From the IMG/VR virus record IMGVR_UViG_3300008259_002957: DNA of 64,000 bases. One strand, written 5' to 3'. Below, in pieces: positions 1-9,382 of this stretch. The translations under genes and the position numbers were made by a program. Position 1 is the stretch's first letter, and the number at the start of each line of letters is the position of its first letter. The notes beneath the pieces were generated by a model. It saw only the letters and a program-made list of their open reading frames with translations. It searched no databases and was not told where the DNA came from. The DNA comes from a virus. Its lineage: Duplodnaviria; Caudoviricetes.

Positions 1-108
1 TTTCAAACTGTATGGCAAAAATATTGGAACATTAAAAAATTATGGACCTGTGCTAGAGCATGTGGCAACACATTTAGTAAACCTGTGGATCAAGTTAACA
101 ACAAATAG
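1..108 (+). CDS. 3' end of a probable radical SAM enzyme (partial, not in ORF track)
   Basis: Frame +1 reads FQTVWQKYWNIKKLWTCARACGNTFSKPVDQVNNK*; W..W...CxxxC matches the C-termini of 16396 (QNWISENRIERCANQCS) and 25543 (DSWQ...KVCAMKCG). Confidence 0.55.
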   Translation, partial: FQTVWQKYWNIKKLWTCARACGNTFSKPVDQVNNK

Positions 109-1142
109 TCCGAATATTCTTTTGCTTTAGGAACACAAACACCACAGCCACAACGCTCGTTTGGGCAAACAATTGGTTGAGGATTTTTTAAATAATTTTT
201 AACCATTGATAATATAGCATCAGTATTATCTAAAGTACCGATAGGTCCTCTTCCTGTAAATTTTGCTTGACAGGTCTGATGATGATACACATTACCAGTA
301 TGTTCTTCGATATGAAGGAAGTAATAGTTTACTTTACAAAACCAATCTTTAAAATGATTATCTACTATCGAAACTGATTTCCATGTATCTGTTTTACCTA
401 CTAGACATCTGCCTCCACAGCAACCTCTTCCTAAACTAGATCCTGCTAAAACAGCATCGCTGGTTTCTTTGGCAATTCCTTGAGTATTCCAATACCATGC
501 ATATTGTTCCGGTGTATATTGGTGCCCAGTTCTGCGTAATACACCTTCGCTATCTTCAAACCAATCGGTACGTTCTTTAACACCGTCACCGAGTGGAGTT
601 GGTACAGCATTTACTCCTGCACTTTTTAAACGATTGTATGCATCTACAGCAATATCCCAGTAGTCTGTGTGCAGCATTACATTGACAGACACCCATAACC
701 CTGCATTGTGTAATGCAATGGCATTTTGTATTGCACGTTCACGTAATTTTTCATCTGCTTCGGTGTGCCAACTTACAGTTACTCCGTTGCAATTTTTTAA
801 TATAAAATCTGTATGCTTTGGATGCCATGTTCCGTTTGTAGTAATGCCTACACCGAAGTTACTGTTTGTTTTAATGTAAGAAATCAAGTCCCAGAAACGT
901 GGATTTACTGTAGGTTCTCCTCCAGTAAAATTTATATTAACTTCTTTAAAGTCGTAAACCGAGACATATTCTTTTATAAATTCAAATGTCTTTATAAGTT
1001 GATTATAGTCTGTAGGCGGGCTATACGTATTGTGTCTAGTGCTTTCGCAATAACTACAATCAAAATTGCAACGTCTTCCGATATCCCATGTGACTAAAAA
1101 CGGTTCGGGCTTTGTTAAATTTATAGCGTTTACTTTTTCCAT
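90..1142 (-). CDS. Radical SAM enzyme, subfamily B (C-terminal auxiliary Cys cluster)
   Basis: WDIGRRCNFDCSYC, FTGGEPT, TTNGT; C-terminal CPNERCGCGVC. Likely start ATG 1142 (MEKVN), overlapping upstream stop; track start 1178. Confidence 0.9.
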   Translation of the reverse strand: MEKVNAINLTKPEPFLVTWDIGRRCNFDCSYCESTRHNTYSPPTDYNQLIKTFEFIKEYVSVYDFKEVNINFTGGEPTVNPRFWDLISYIKTNSNFGVGITTNGTWHPKHTDFILKNCNGVTVSWHTEADEKLRERAIQNAIALHNAGLWVSVNVMLHTDYWDIAVDAYNRLKSAGVNAVPTPLGDGVKERTDWFEDSEGVLRRTGHQYTPEQYAWYWNTQGIAKETSDAVLAGSSLGRGCCGGRCLVGKTDTWKSVSIVDNHFKDWFCKVNYYFLHIEEHTGNVYHHQTCQAKFTGRGPIGTLDNTDAILSMVKNYLKNPQPIVCPNERCGCGVCVPKAKEYSDYLLLT

Positions 1143-2026
1143 TTTGTAATGTTTATATCTGCGGCGCAAGTACACCATTCTCTAGTACACGTTATTTCTT
1201 CTGTTGGAACAGCAAACTCTTGTTTATAAATGTTACCTAAACTTCCACCTACTCTACAAGTTGCACGATGTATTTCGCCGTCCCAGTTAATCATTAAACT
1301 TTCTAAACCTGCACGACAAATCCAATCTTTAAACTGATTGTTTTTGTTTACTAACAGATCGTTAACATTGCACTCAATTGTTTTGTCTATTAATGTGTTT
1401 GCAGGCGGATTGTGATTTACTGTTTTTAAAAATTCACGTTCATCTAAACTATAACGACCGGTGTCGTCAAACACATCGTGGGTTTCTGTCCAACGTATAG
1501 GACGCAGTGCAAATTTTATTTCGTGCTTTGATAGATATTCGATTGCATGTTTTGCTTCGTTGAGTTTTCCCGGAAGCATCATAATATGCACAAGAACTTT
1601 GTTTTTATAAAACGGAACAGCAGTGCTTAGTATTGTTCCTAGTACTCTCTCCCAGTTGTATTCAAAGTGTAAACTAAACACAAGATAGTCAATGTATTCA
1701 CTACATATATCTCTATAAAAATCTACAGTTCGTGTTCCATTTGTTGTAACACTAATCCATTTTACACGTCTTTGTGCATAAGAAAGAATTTTTTTAAATT
1801 GTGGATGCACAGTAGGTTCACCGCCTGTAAAACTAATACGTGGATTTTTCAGTTTTGCAATTTCGTCAATTGCACGTTCTAATACACGCAAGTCTGTGTG
1901 TGTTGAACTGTTGTCATGTATTTCGCTGGGACAATAACTACAATCGTAGTTGCAACGTTTGCCTAGGTTCCATTCTATTTTAATGCTATCTTTATAATGT
2001 GGGTATAGATTTTCTACACTGTGCAT
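1130..2026 (-). CDS. Radical SAM enzyme, subfamily B
   Basis: WNLGKRCNYDCSYC, FTGGEPT, TTNGT, WICRAG, CTREWCTCAAD. Confidence 0.92.
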   Translation of the reverse strand: MHSVENLYPHYKDSIKIEWNLGKRCNYDCSYCPSEIHDNSSTHTDLRVLERAIDEIAKLKNPRISFTGGEPTVHPQFKKILSYAQRRVKWISVTTNGTRTVDFYRDICSEYIDYLVFSLHFEYNWERVLGTILSTAVPFYKNKVLVHIMMLPGKLNEAKHAIEYLSKHEIKFALRPIRWTETHDVFDDTGRYSLDEREFLKTVNHNPPANTLIDKTIECNVNDLLVNKNNQFKDWICRAGLESLMINWDGEIHRATCRVGGSLGNIYKQEFAVPTEEITCTREWCTCAADINITKWKK

Positions 2027-2853
2027 TTTATTACCTTATTAAAATCTTTTAATTTGTTAATGTCTATTTTTTCTACAATCTTAGCAACTGGAATCATTCC
2101 AAGTGCTGCTTTAGATGGATCAACATTTATATTTTTAGAGTTAGCCCAAATCCAAAATTTGTTCTCTTTATCTATAACAAACTGATCGGGTACATCAATT
2201 CCAAACTTTACCATAAAATCAGCACTATATGTACTCTGTGGTCTTATAGCATCTTTGCCAACATTTTCGTCGTTGTCTTTAAAAACATCTAACAACGGTT
2301 TTCCTACTTCGCAATAGTTTATATAAACAGTTCCAAATTCCCATTTATGAGTAAAGTACTTATAATGTTCGTTTTTTAAATTATACGTGGGTCTATCTTT
2401 GAACGTACATACAATAGTAGGATTTAGATGTGTGCTGTCTTTTTCATTTAAATAATTTTCGTATTCGTGAATTAATACATTTAATTTATCAACACTCTGT
2501 TGTACATTAACCGGAGCAGTTGCATACCAATCAGTACCGTAAACAACATGACCTCTAAGATCTTCAAAATGTTTGTGTAAAATATTTAAAAACGTTTGTT
2601 GATTATATTTTTCTAGATCGATAATTTTATCATAACTGTTGATTATATCTATGTGATGTTTTAAACTAGATTGATAGTAGTTTTCGTCTTTGTTAGATCC
2701 AGGCCATTGTGTAAAGCGATCATTTTCGTATAACAAATATTCTTTTTTTATTTCATTTGCCCATAGTTGTGCTATATCTGTTTCAAATATTTTAAAAAAC
2801 AAACTTTTTTTACTTTGATCATTTCCTAAAACCAATTCAAACATATGGTGCAT
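2014..2853 (-). CDS. Hypothetical protein
   Basis: 279-aa ORF overlapping both neighbours in the operon; no recognised motif. Confidence 0.7.
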   Translation of the reverse strand: MHHMFELVLGNDQSKKSLFFKIFETDIAQLWANEIKKEYLLYENDRFTQWPGSNKDENYYQSSLKHHIDIINSYDKIIDLEKYNQQTFLNILHKHFEDLRGHVVYGTDWYATAPVNVQQSVDKLNVLIHEYENYLNEKDSTHLNPTIVCTFKDRPTYNLKNEHYKYFTHKWEFGTVYINYCEVGKPLLDVFKDNDENVGKDAIRPQSTYSADFMVKFGIDVPDQFVIDKENKFWIWANSKNINVDPSKAALGMIPVAKIVEKIDINKLKDFNKVIKCTV

Positions 2854-4102
2854 ATTCTGGAATTACCTTTTCAAATGGTCCTTGATTCCTATTTGAATCT
2901 AAACGTCTATTAAAGTCAACAGTTTTTGGCCACAAATGACTTAGGTCTTTGCCTTTTAAGAAATTTATGTTATCGTTGATTTGTTGTTTAGTAATTGAAA
3001 GTATAGTAGGATGCATATTCATTATTGGATATGCAGCAATTTCATCTTTTAATATTTCTAATTTATTTATAACAACAGTTTTTAGTTCAACAGGTATGCA
3101 TTGTGCAGACAACACATTGGGATAATTTACACGATGACTATAAAACACAATACCCATTTCATTTAAAAAATAAGGTATTGCACTGTCTAGTTGCATTACA
3201 TTGCCTGCCTGAACTGTAAATGCTCCAACAACATACGGAACGTTGGGCATACTTTTAATAATCTTAATATTTTCTTCTACTGTTTTAAAATCGCCGTTGC
3301 TTCTGATATAATCATATACATCATGTATACCGTCAATAGAAACGTTTACTTTTACACTTTTAAACCGAGGCCAATAATCGTGAATAGTTCTTCCGCCTTT
3401 GATTCCTAGTACAGTACCGTTGGTTGCATATTTTAATTCAATGTTTTCACCATACGGAGCAAGCATATCAAGTATACGATAATGGCTTGGGTCCATTAGT
3501 GGTTCGCCACCTGCAAATTCTACTCGTCTAAAATAAGGTAACAGTTTTTCTAAGTTAGCCCAAAAATCTTCACGCTCAACAAACAAATCAATATGCGGAC
3601 GCTTATCTAATCCTAGTTTAGCAACAGCATCGACTAGGTAGTTGTTTTCTTCTCGATAAAACTCAACGACACTGCTCCAATCCTTCCACTGTGTGCTGTC
3701 GAGAGGATTGCACATTCTGCATTTTAAATTACAAAGATTGTTAATTTTAATTTCGATAGTAGGAAGTTCAAAAGGCATTGAATAATCGTCATGCAAACTA
3801 TCAAGTGCAGTTGGATAAAGATTAACTCTACTGTCTGGAAACGTATTTTTAATGTGTCGCTGTCTTAGACTTTCTACACCCTGATCTTCTAAATCAAAAC
3901 AAGGTACGCAAACAGTAGGACGTTCATTGTTTAGCACCTGGCGTCTTACTTCTCGCATTTGATCGTTGTTCCATATTTCTTCTAAACTTTCGTTTTGAAT
4001 CCATCCAACTGGTTGACTGCGACAGCAAACTTTAACAGCACCGTCTTCTCTGGTGGCTAATCCTGTAAACGGATGCATACAAAATGTTTTACTTGAGTGC
4101 AT
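2837..4102 (-). CDS. Radical SAM enzyme, subfamily A (N-terminal twitch-like Cys domain)
   Basis: FCMHPF...KVCC...CVPC then INNLCNLKCRMC, FAGGEPL, ATNGT, SIDG. Confidence 0.93.
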   Translation of the reverse strand: MHSSKTFCMHPFTGLATREDGAVKVCCRSQPVGWIQNESLEEIWNNDQMREVRRQVLNNERPTVCVPCFDLEDQGVESLRQRHIKNTFPDSRVNLYPTALDSLHDDYSMPFELPTIEIKINNLCNLKCRMCNPLDSTQWKDWSSVVEFYREENNYLVDAVAKLGLDKRPHIDLFVEREDFWANLEKLLPYFRRVEFAGGEPLMDPSHYRILDMLAPYGENIELKYATNGTVLGIKGGRTIHDYWPRFKSVKVNVSIDGIHDVYDYIRSNGDFKTVEENIKIIKSMPNVPYVVGAFTVQAGNVMQLDSAIPYFLNEMGIVFYSHRVNYPNVLSAQCIPVELKTVVINKLEILKDEIAAYPIMNMHPTILSITKQQINDNINFLKGKDLSHLWPKTVDFNRRLDSNRNQGPFEKVIPEYAPYV

Positions 4103-4784
4103 GTTTTAATCCCCAGGCTCTTTCTAAACACCAAAAACAATTACCGCAAATAGGAACAGATTGATAGGGTTTATAATTAGTATAATTTAAATCTTCAAAC
4201 TCGCCTTCGCAACTTCTAGTTATATCAAATAAATCTACTATTCCGTTTTCTGCATATCTTCGAACTATCCAGTCTTTTTGAACATTTATAAATGGATGGT
4301 GTACAGGAATACCCATATGTATTAAAACGGGAGGTATGACTGGAATATTTCTCTCTGGAAGAGCACCGTTGAATATTTCGCTAGGATTTAAATTAACACC
4401 AGCATACCATGCATCTAGTTTGTATTTGTGTGCTATGTATTCGTTATATGCTCTAAGTATTATTCTGTTACCTGATTTTAATTTTCCATATTCGTCTGGA
4501 ATTAATGGACTAACAGGTTCTTCTAATTCTGGTGGTACAAAGTTTGTTAAATGTTCAATACGATTGGTATAGCGGCGTTGAAACCAGTGTACTACGTCTC
4601 GTGCAATATATTCTTGCCACGGTCTAGTTTTCCACATTCGTATTTGTGTAGTAAAGTAAATATCAGCAGATGTATTTTCCATTATGAAATAAGCAAGTAG
4701 TGCGCTATCTGCACCACCGCTTAAACTAATACCAATCCTTTGCCAATCTTTATTTAAAGGTATTTCCACACCATCTACGATCAT
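4089..4784 (-). CDS. QueC-like PP-loop ATPase with Zn-binding C-terminus
   Basis: ISLSGGADSALL (PP-loop) and TRSCE...CGNCFWCLER, like the QueC Zn site. Confidence 0.7.
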   Translation of the reverse strand: MIVDGVEIPLNKDWQRIGISLSGGADSALLAYFIMENTSADIYFTTQIRMWKTRPWQEYIARDVVHWFQRRYTNRIEHLTNFVPPELEEPVSPLIPDEYGKLKSGNRIILRAYNEYIAHKYKLDAWYAGVNLNPSEIFNGALPERNIPVIPPVLIHMGIPVHHPFINVQKDWIVRRYAENGIVDLFDITRSCEGEFEDLNYTNYKPYQSVPICGNCFWCLERAWGLKHALK

Positions 4785-4788
4785 ACTC

Positions 4789-4824
4789 TATTTAACCTTG
4801 CGCTAAAATAGTATACACTAAATA
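4789..4824. promoter_or_regulatory. Back-to-back late-type promoter boxes
   Basis: TTAAATA (-, 4789-4795) 4 nt before ATG 4784; CTAAATA (+, 4818-4824) 5 nt before ATG 4830; no SD on either side. Confidence 0.6.
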
Positions 4825-4829
4825 TCTTT

Positions 4830-5492
4830 ATGATACAACCAACAAATTTAATTGTAAGACAAGAATTAATAGAAAAGATGGCAAGTTTCGACGGCGATGA
4901 AATGAAAGTGGTCATCAATGAGCCAACTGGAGATTTTTTTTACGATCCTTGGCGTATTAAACCTGAATTTATTGGAACACCGTTTGAAGCGGCACTAAAC
5001 TTGTTACCCGACGACATTGGAGAAGCACGTATTATTACACTTGAAAGTGGACGTTGCTACTTTTCGCATAGTGATATTGATGACAGGTATCATTTAAACT
5101 TAACAGGCGATTGTGCAGCATTAATTAACATCGAAACACAACAGTCATATTTTTTAAAACCAGACGGAATTTGGTATGACATGGACGCTGGATCTTTACA
5201 TTCGGCAGTAAACTTTGGACAACATGATCGTAAGCAGTTGGTTGTAAGAAAGTTATTAACAAAAAATAAATTAAAAATACCTATAAATGTTTTTATTAGA
5301 GCAACAGGAAAAAATGCAAGATTTGTTTTTGACAATACAATTAGTCCTTGGCTTAACCGTGCAAATAAAAGAGGTATTATAACCGACTTTGAACATAGTC
5401 TATCAAAAGTCTATTTAAAAGTCGAAGAAGAATTTAGCAGCGAGTTAGAAAAAATAATTCCTGAAGAGTTTGAATATGACTTCGATTATTAA
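4830..5492 (+). CDS. Fe(II)/2OG oxygenase, Asp/Asn beta-hydroxylase-like cupin
   Basis: FSHSDIDDRYHLNL (HxD) ... LHSAVNFG (distal His). Confidence 0.75.
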   Translation: MIQPTNLIVRQELIEKMASFDGDEMKVVINEPTGDFFYDPWRIKPEFIGTPFEAALNLLPDDIGEARIITLESGRCYFSHSDIDDRYHLNLTGDCAALINIETQQSYFLKPDGIWYDMDAGSLHSAVNFGQHDRKQLVVRKLLTKNKLKIPINVFIRATGKNARFVFDNTISPWLNRANKRGIITDFEHSLSKVYLKVEEEFSSELEKIIPEEFEYDFDY

Positions 5493-6156
5493 TTGGAGAC
5501 CGTTTTTAAAATATCACGACGGACAACTAGGAATGGCTCAACAAACATACGAACCATTAATAAGTCCAGACGGTAAAACATTTTGTGCAAACTACGATTG
5601 GCGTAATCGATATCAACGTATGAATTCAGAAAGACCATTATATACAAAAGAAGTGTGTGATTATTTTTTTGAACAAGAAGTAAAATATATAAATCTTTTT
5701 AGCAGTAAACCATACGCACCAGAGGTTGTAGACATTGATGAAAAACATAAACGCATTTTTATAAAATGGTATAATAATAATTGTAATCATTCTATATACG
5801 GTGATATGCGTTTAGATTTACAATGGTATGATATGATAAAAGATATTGTTACGGATCAATACAACACAGGTTATTATAAATTAACAATGTACCCTCACTG
5901 TCACTATATTGACAATCACGATAATATGAGAGCAATAGACTGGTATGGAGTTGTTCCGATTGATCGTCCATACATAGAAGAACGATACATGCAAGCAATT
6001 ATTCATGACTCTGCACGTTTTAGACTAGAGGAAACCGGGGAAACAAAAGATAATCTTATAGATTTATCTATAATGTTTAAACGCAGTTTAGAAACTCATG
6101 TACTTTGGGGTAAAAGCAACATGAGTTACATATACAAGGAAATTTTTAATGGCTAG
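5470..6156 (+). CDS. Kinase-like fold protein (remote)
   Basis: APEVVDID..., YKLTMYPHCHYID, MRAIDWYG resemble degenerate catalytic/DFG loops; paralog of 9933-10643. Confidence 0.4.
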   Translation: MNMTSIINWRPFLKYHDGQLGMAQQTYEPLISPDGKTFCANYDWRNRYQRMNSERPLYTKEVCDYFFEQEVKYINLFSSKPYAPEVVDIDEKHKRIFIKWYNNNCNHSIYGDMRLDLQWYDMIKDIVTDQYNTGYYKLTMYPHCHYIDNHDNMRAIDWYGVVPIDRPYIEERYMQAIIHDSARFRLEETGETKDNLIDLSIMFKRSLETHVLWGKSNMSYIYKEIFNG

Positions 6157-6718
6157 TTATTTTGGAACAACAGAAGGCATTATCGATTGGGACAGTGTTG
6201 TTGAACTTTGTATAAACAGCAACGACGGTGACAGAAATACACCAAGTGCTGTTATTGCTAGAAGCGAGTCCGAAGCAGAAGGATTTTTACTAGACAACTA
6301 TCACGAAGTATTAGGGGTGTGGATTAACGCTGGATACAATTTAGATGAAATTGTTTGGAGTGATTATTATCCAGGACATCATTTTGATATCAGCGTTCAA
6401 GATAACTTTGCTGATTTAGTAAATGCAGATCCGCTTCGTGTTTTTGTAAGTGAGGTACTGCCAGGTCGCAATGTTCCGTATCATTGGGATGTAGAAGATC
6501 ACGAGCAAGAATGGCTAGAGCAAGGTGCTATTGAACGTTGGGTCTGTTTTATAGACAAACCACGTTGGGGAAGTGTTCTAATTTTGGAAGATACTGCGTT
6601 TCACGATATTCCGCAACATAAAATTTATAAATGGGACCATTATAGAAGTTGGCATGCCGGAACTAACTGCGGAATACATCCACAATATCTATTTCATTTT
6701 GTAGGAAGACCGAGATGA
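6149..6718 (+). CDS. Fe(II)/2OG oxygenase-like cupin
   Basis: VPYHWD (HxD) ... WHAGTNCG. Confidence 0.7.
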   Translation: MASYFGTTEGIIDWDSVVELCINSNDGDRNTPSAVIARSESEAEGFLLDNYHEVLGVWINAGYNLDEIVWSDYYPGHHFDISVQDNFADLVNADPLRVFVSEVLPGRNVPYHWDVEDHEQEWLEQGAIERWVCFIDKPRWGSVLILEDTAFHDIPQHKIYKWDHYRSWHAGTNCGIHPQYLFHFVGRPR

Positions 6719-7251
6719 CTGTAAATTACATAGGAAATTGTAAACATATCAATTGGGATGTGGTGATTGAAGATTGTGCAAATACAACTCCTGCATACGT
6801 AGGACCTAGCCATAAACGTGGTGACAATCTGCCTGACCTTGATGTAATATTAGATATGTGGGATGCAGCAGAGTATAAAACTGTAGCAGAAGGTGGTACT
6901 GTTGGGTGGGATATGTTTTTACCTGGGCAGCAATTTGATCAAAGTGTAATTGATAAGTTTGTTGAATTTTTTGAAATTCCAAATTACAAAACTGCGTGGA
7001 TTAGCAGAATTAACATTGGAAGGTTTGCTCCGATACACTGGGATGTACATGACGACGAAGCAACATTAGGCGATACCTGTAGATATCACTGTCATATTGG
7101 TAAGCCGGAGTGGGGGCATGTGTTTATCGCCGACAAAAAGTGTTTTTATAATGAAGAACAAGGATCAACCTATCGTTGGGATAGCAGGAGATATTGGCAT
7201 GCCGGAACCAACTGCGGAATAACTCCTAAGTATCTTTTAAATTTGTGGTGA
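6715..7251 (+). CDS. Fe(II)/2OG oxygenase-like cupin (tandem paralog)
   Basis: APIHWD ... WHAGTNCG; ATGA-coupled to 6149 gene. Confidence 0.7.
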   Translation: MTVNYIGNCKHINWDVVIEDCANTTPAYVGPSHKRGDNLPDLDVILDMWDAAEYKTVAEGGTVGWDMFLPGQQFDQSVIDKFVEFFEIPNYKTAWISRINIGRFAPIHWDVHDDEATLGDTCRYHCHIGKPEWGHVFIADKKCFYNEEQGSTYRWDSRRYWHAGTNCGITPKYLLNLW

Positions 7252-7255
7252 ACCG

Positions 7256-8131
7256 ATGGAAACAGGTGTAATTAAATGGTATAACGATGCAAAGCGTTAT
7301 GGGTTTATTGTAGCAGACAATGACAACGCTTTAGTTATTGTTGAACAAGATAGCATACAGCACGAACCGCAGGTGTTATTTGAAATGCAAACTGTTGAGT
7401 TCAATAGAGAGCAAGACGCCGAGTATGGTGCAATTGCTAAAGATGTTAAAGTTATTGGAAAAACAGACAGAAACCCAAAAGAGTTCCTTGAAGATTTAGG
7501 TACCGATGTAAATGTAGTAACATATCTTGATATTCCTAGTATTGTGGTTTTTGAAAATGCGTTGCCAGTTGAAATTTGCAATGCGATTATTGCAAAACAT
7601 GAACGAGATAAAATGAATCCAAACAGTGGAGCAGAATCACGTCGTGAAAGTTTTGCACAAGTAACTGAATTAGTTGAGCAACGTGGAATTAGTTTAGGCA
7701 TGGATCCTCGACATTATGATATAGTTGCAAGTACAATTGTAAAATATGCTGAAATACCTTTTAGCCATATTGAAGCCTGTGATATTTACAATTATGAAAC
7801 TGGACAGTTTTTGGATCTTCATCACGATTATCCGTATGATCCAAGACAGATTAATTATTACAAGCACGGCGGCGATAGAGTAGGATCCGGAGTATTTTAT
7901 CTCAACGATAACTTTGTTGGCGGAGAAACAAACTTTCCTAAATTGGGTGTATCGGTAACACCAAAAGCAGGCTCGTTCTTATATTTTAAACAGTGTTACG
8001 ATGAAGAAACCAATTGGAGCACAATACACGAAAGTAAAATTATCACAGAAGGAACAAAGTGGGTGTCGGCATGTTTCTTTTCTGATCAGCCTAGAGTAGG
8101 TTATAATTCTCGTACGGAGTTAGAAAAATGA
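7256..8131 (+). CDS. Cold-shock domain fused to prolyl-4-hydroxylase-like 2OG oxygenase
   Basis: N-term TGVIKWYNDAKRYGFI (CSD RNP1); C-term LHHD, FYLNDNFVGGETNFP, TIHES, GTKW. Confidence 0.8.
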   Translation: METGVIKWYNDAKRYGFIVADNDNALVIVEQDSIQHEPQVLFEMQTVEFNREQDAEYGAIAKDVKVIGKTDRNPKEFLEDLGTDVNVVTYLDIPSIVVFENALPVEICNAIIAKHERDKMNPNSGAESRRESFAQVTELVEQRGISLGMDPRHYDIVASTIVKYAEIPFSHIEACDIYNYETGQFLDLHHDYPYDPRQINYYKHGGDRVGSGVFYLNDNFVGGETNFPKLGVSVTPKAGSFLYFKQCYDEETNWSTIHESKIITEGTKWVSACFFSDQPRVGYNSRTELEK

Positions 8132-8307
8132 GCGAACCGGTTATTACAGACGAGTTTTATTTAAAAAAGTTCATGCAGTTACAACAAGCAAATGTGGTGC
8201 TGTGGAGAAAATTACACAATATTAAAGAAAATGAAGATCTCAGAGCAACTATTGAAACTTATTTAGGCGACGACTTTTTTAATAACTTAGATGACTTAGT
8301 AGGATGA
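8128..8307 (+). CDS. 59-aa small protein missed by ORF track
   Basis: MSEPVITDEFYLKKFMQLQQANVVLWRKLHNIKENEDLRATIETYLGDDFFNNLDDLVG*; ATGA overlaps with both neighbours and fills the gap exactly. Confidence 0.8.
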   Translation: MSEPVITDEFYLKKFMQLQQANVVLWRKLHNIKENEDLRATIETYLGDDFFNNLDDLVG

Positions 8308-8774
8308 CAGTACACGTTGTAGGACATAGTCGAGGCTTAGGTGAATACCTCTATCGTGCATTTACAACAGATATGCACGATGTTAGAGGTTATAGTAGAT
8401 CCAATGGTTATGATTTAGAAAAAGATATTGCTAAGATTTGTTTTCAAGTAGAAGTCGATGATATTGTTATCTTAAATGCATATGCAAACGGAACACAAAT
8501 TGACTATTTAAAATCGTTAGAAAATTCTCATGCAAACATTGTAGTTATGGGCAGTATTGCATCTATATACCCCGACCCAGACGATTTAGTTTATAGTCAG
8601 CACAAAAACACATTAGAATTGTATTTTAATAAGATTTCTGCAGAACCTAAACACCCTATGCTATATCTAAGACTCACAGGTACATCCTACAATGATTACA
8701 AACTTGTTTACGATAGTATAAAGATTTGGTTAGCAAATCCTAGAATTACCACAATAGGTTACAGTGCATTATGA
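8304..8774 (+). CDS. Short-chain dehydrogenase/reductase (compact)
   Basis: VVGHSRGLG Rossmann motif, ILNAY, MGS, YSQHK (YxxxK). Confidence 0.75.
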   Translation: MTVHVVGHSRGLGEYLYRAFTTDMHDVRGYSRSNGYDLEKDIAKICFQVEVDDIVILNAYANGTQIDYLKSLENSHANIVVMGSIASIYPDPDDLVYSQHKNTLELYFNKISAEPKHPMLYLRLTGTSYNDYKLVYDSIKIWLANPRITTIGYSAL

Positions 8775-9382
8775 AAGTAGCAATTACTGGACACACCGCA
8801 GGCATTGGAAAAGAATTATACAATTATTTTAGTAGAAAAAATGCCGAAGTAATTGGCATGAGTCGCAGCAACGGCTACGACTTAGAAACGTCGGTTGACA
8901 GCATAATTGAAAACGCAAAAGACTGTGATATTTTCATTAACAATGCATATAGAGACGGGAAACAATTAGAACTGCTAAACGGCTTGTACAAGCATGTTCA
9001 TAGAATAGTTGTTTGCGGATCTGTAAGTAGATTCTATCCTGAACTTATTTTAACAGATTATGTACATGACAAGCAAGCATTAGCAGAGCGTTGCAAGATG
9101 TTAAGTTTAGCACCAGACGGAGTTGCTAATATTTTACATCTTGATTTAAGTTTTGTTGAATCAACAAATGTTAATCTAAACGATCCGTTAACTTTTACAA
9201 GCGACAACTTTATTAAGTATACGGAAATAGTTTCTGCCGTTGATTTTTGGTTGCATAATCCTAAAATTAGACAGATGGAATTTGTTTGGAAATTAACGCC
9301 ATTTGTTTATGACCAATTAAAACGAGCAAATCCAGATCATACAGAACTTGACAAACTTTATAGAGAAGTTTTAGATCTATAG
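8771..9382 (+). CDS. Short-chain dehydrogenase/reductase
   Basis: ITGHTAGIG, FINNAY, CGS, YVHDK (YxxxK). Confidence 0.78.
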   Translation: MKVAITGHTAGIGKELYNYFSRKNAEVIGMSRSNGYDLETSVDSIIENAKDCDIFINNAYRDGKQLELLNGLYKHVHRIVVCGSVSRFYPELILTDYVHDKQALAERCKMLSLAPDGVANILHLDLSFVESTNVNLNDPLTFTSDNFIKYTEIVSAVDFWLHNPKIRQMEFVWKLTPFVYDQLKRANPDHTELDKLYREVLDL

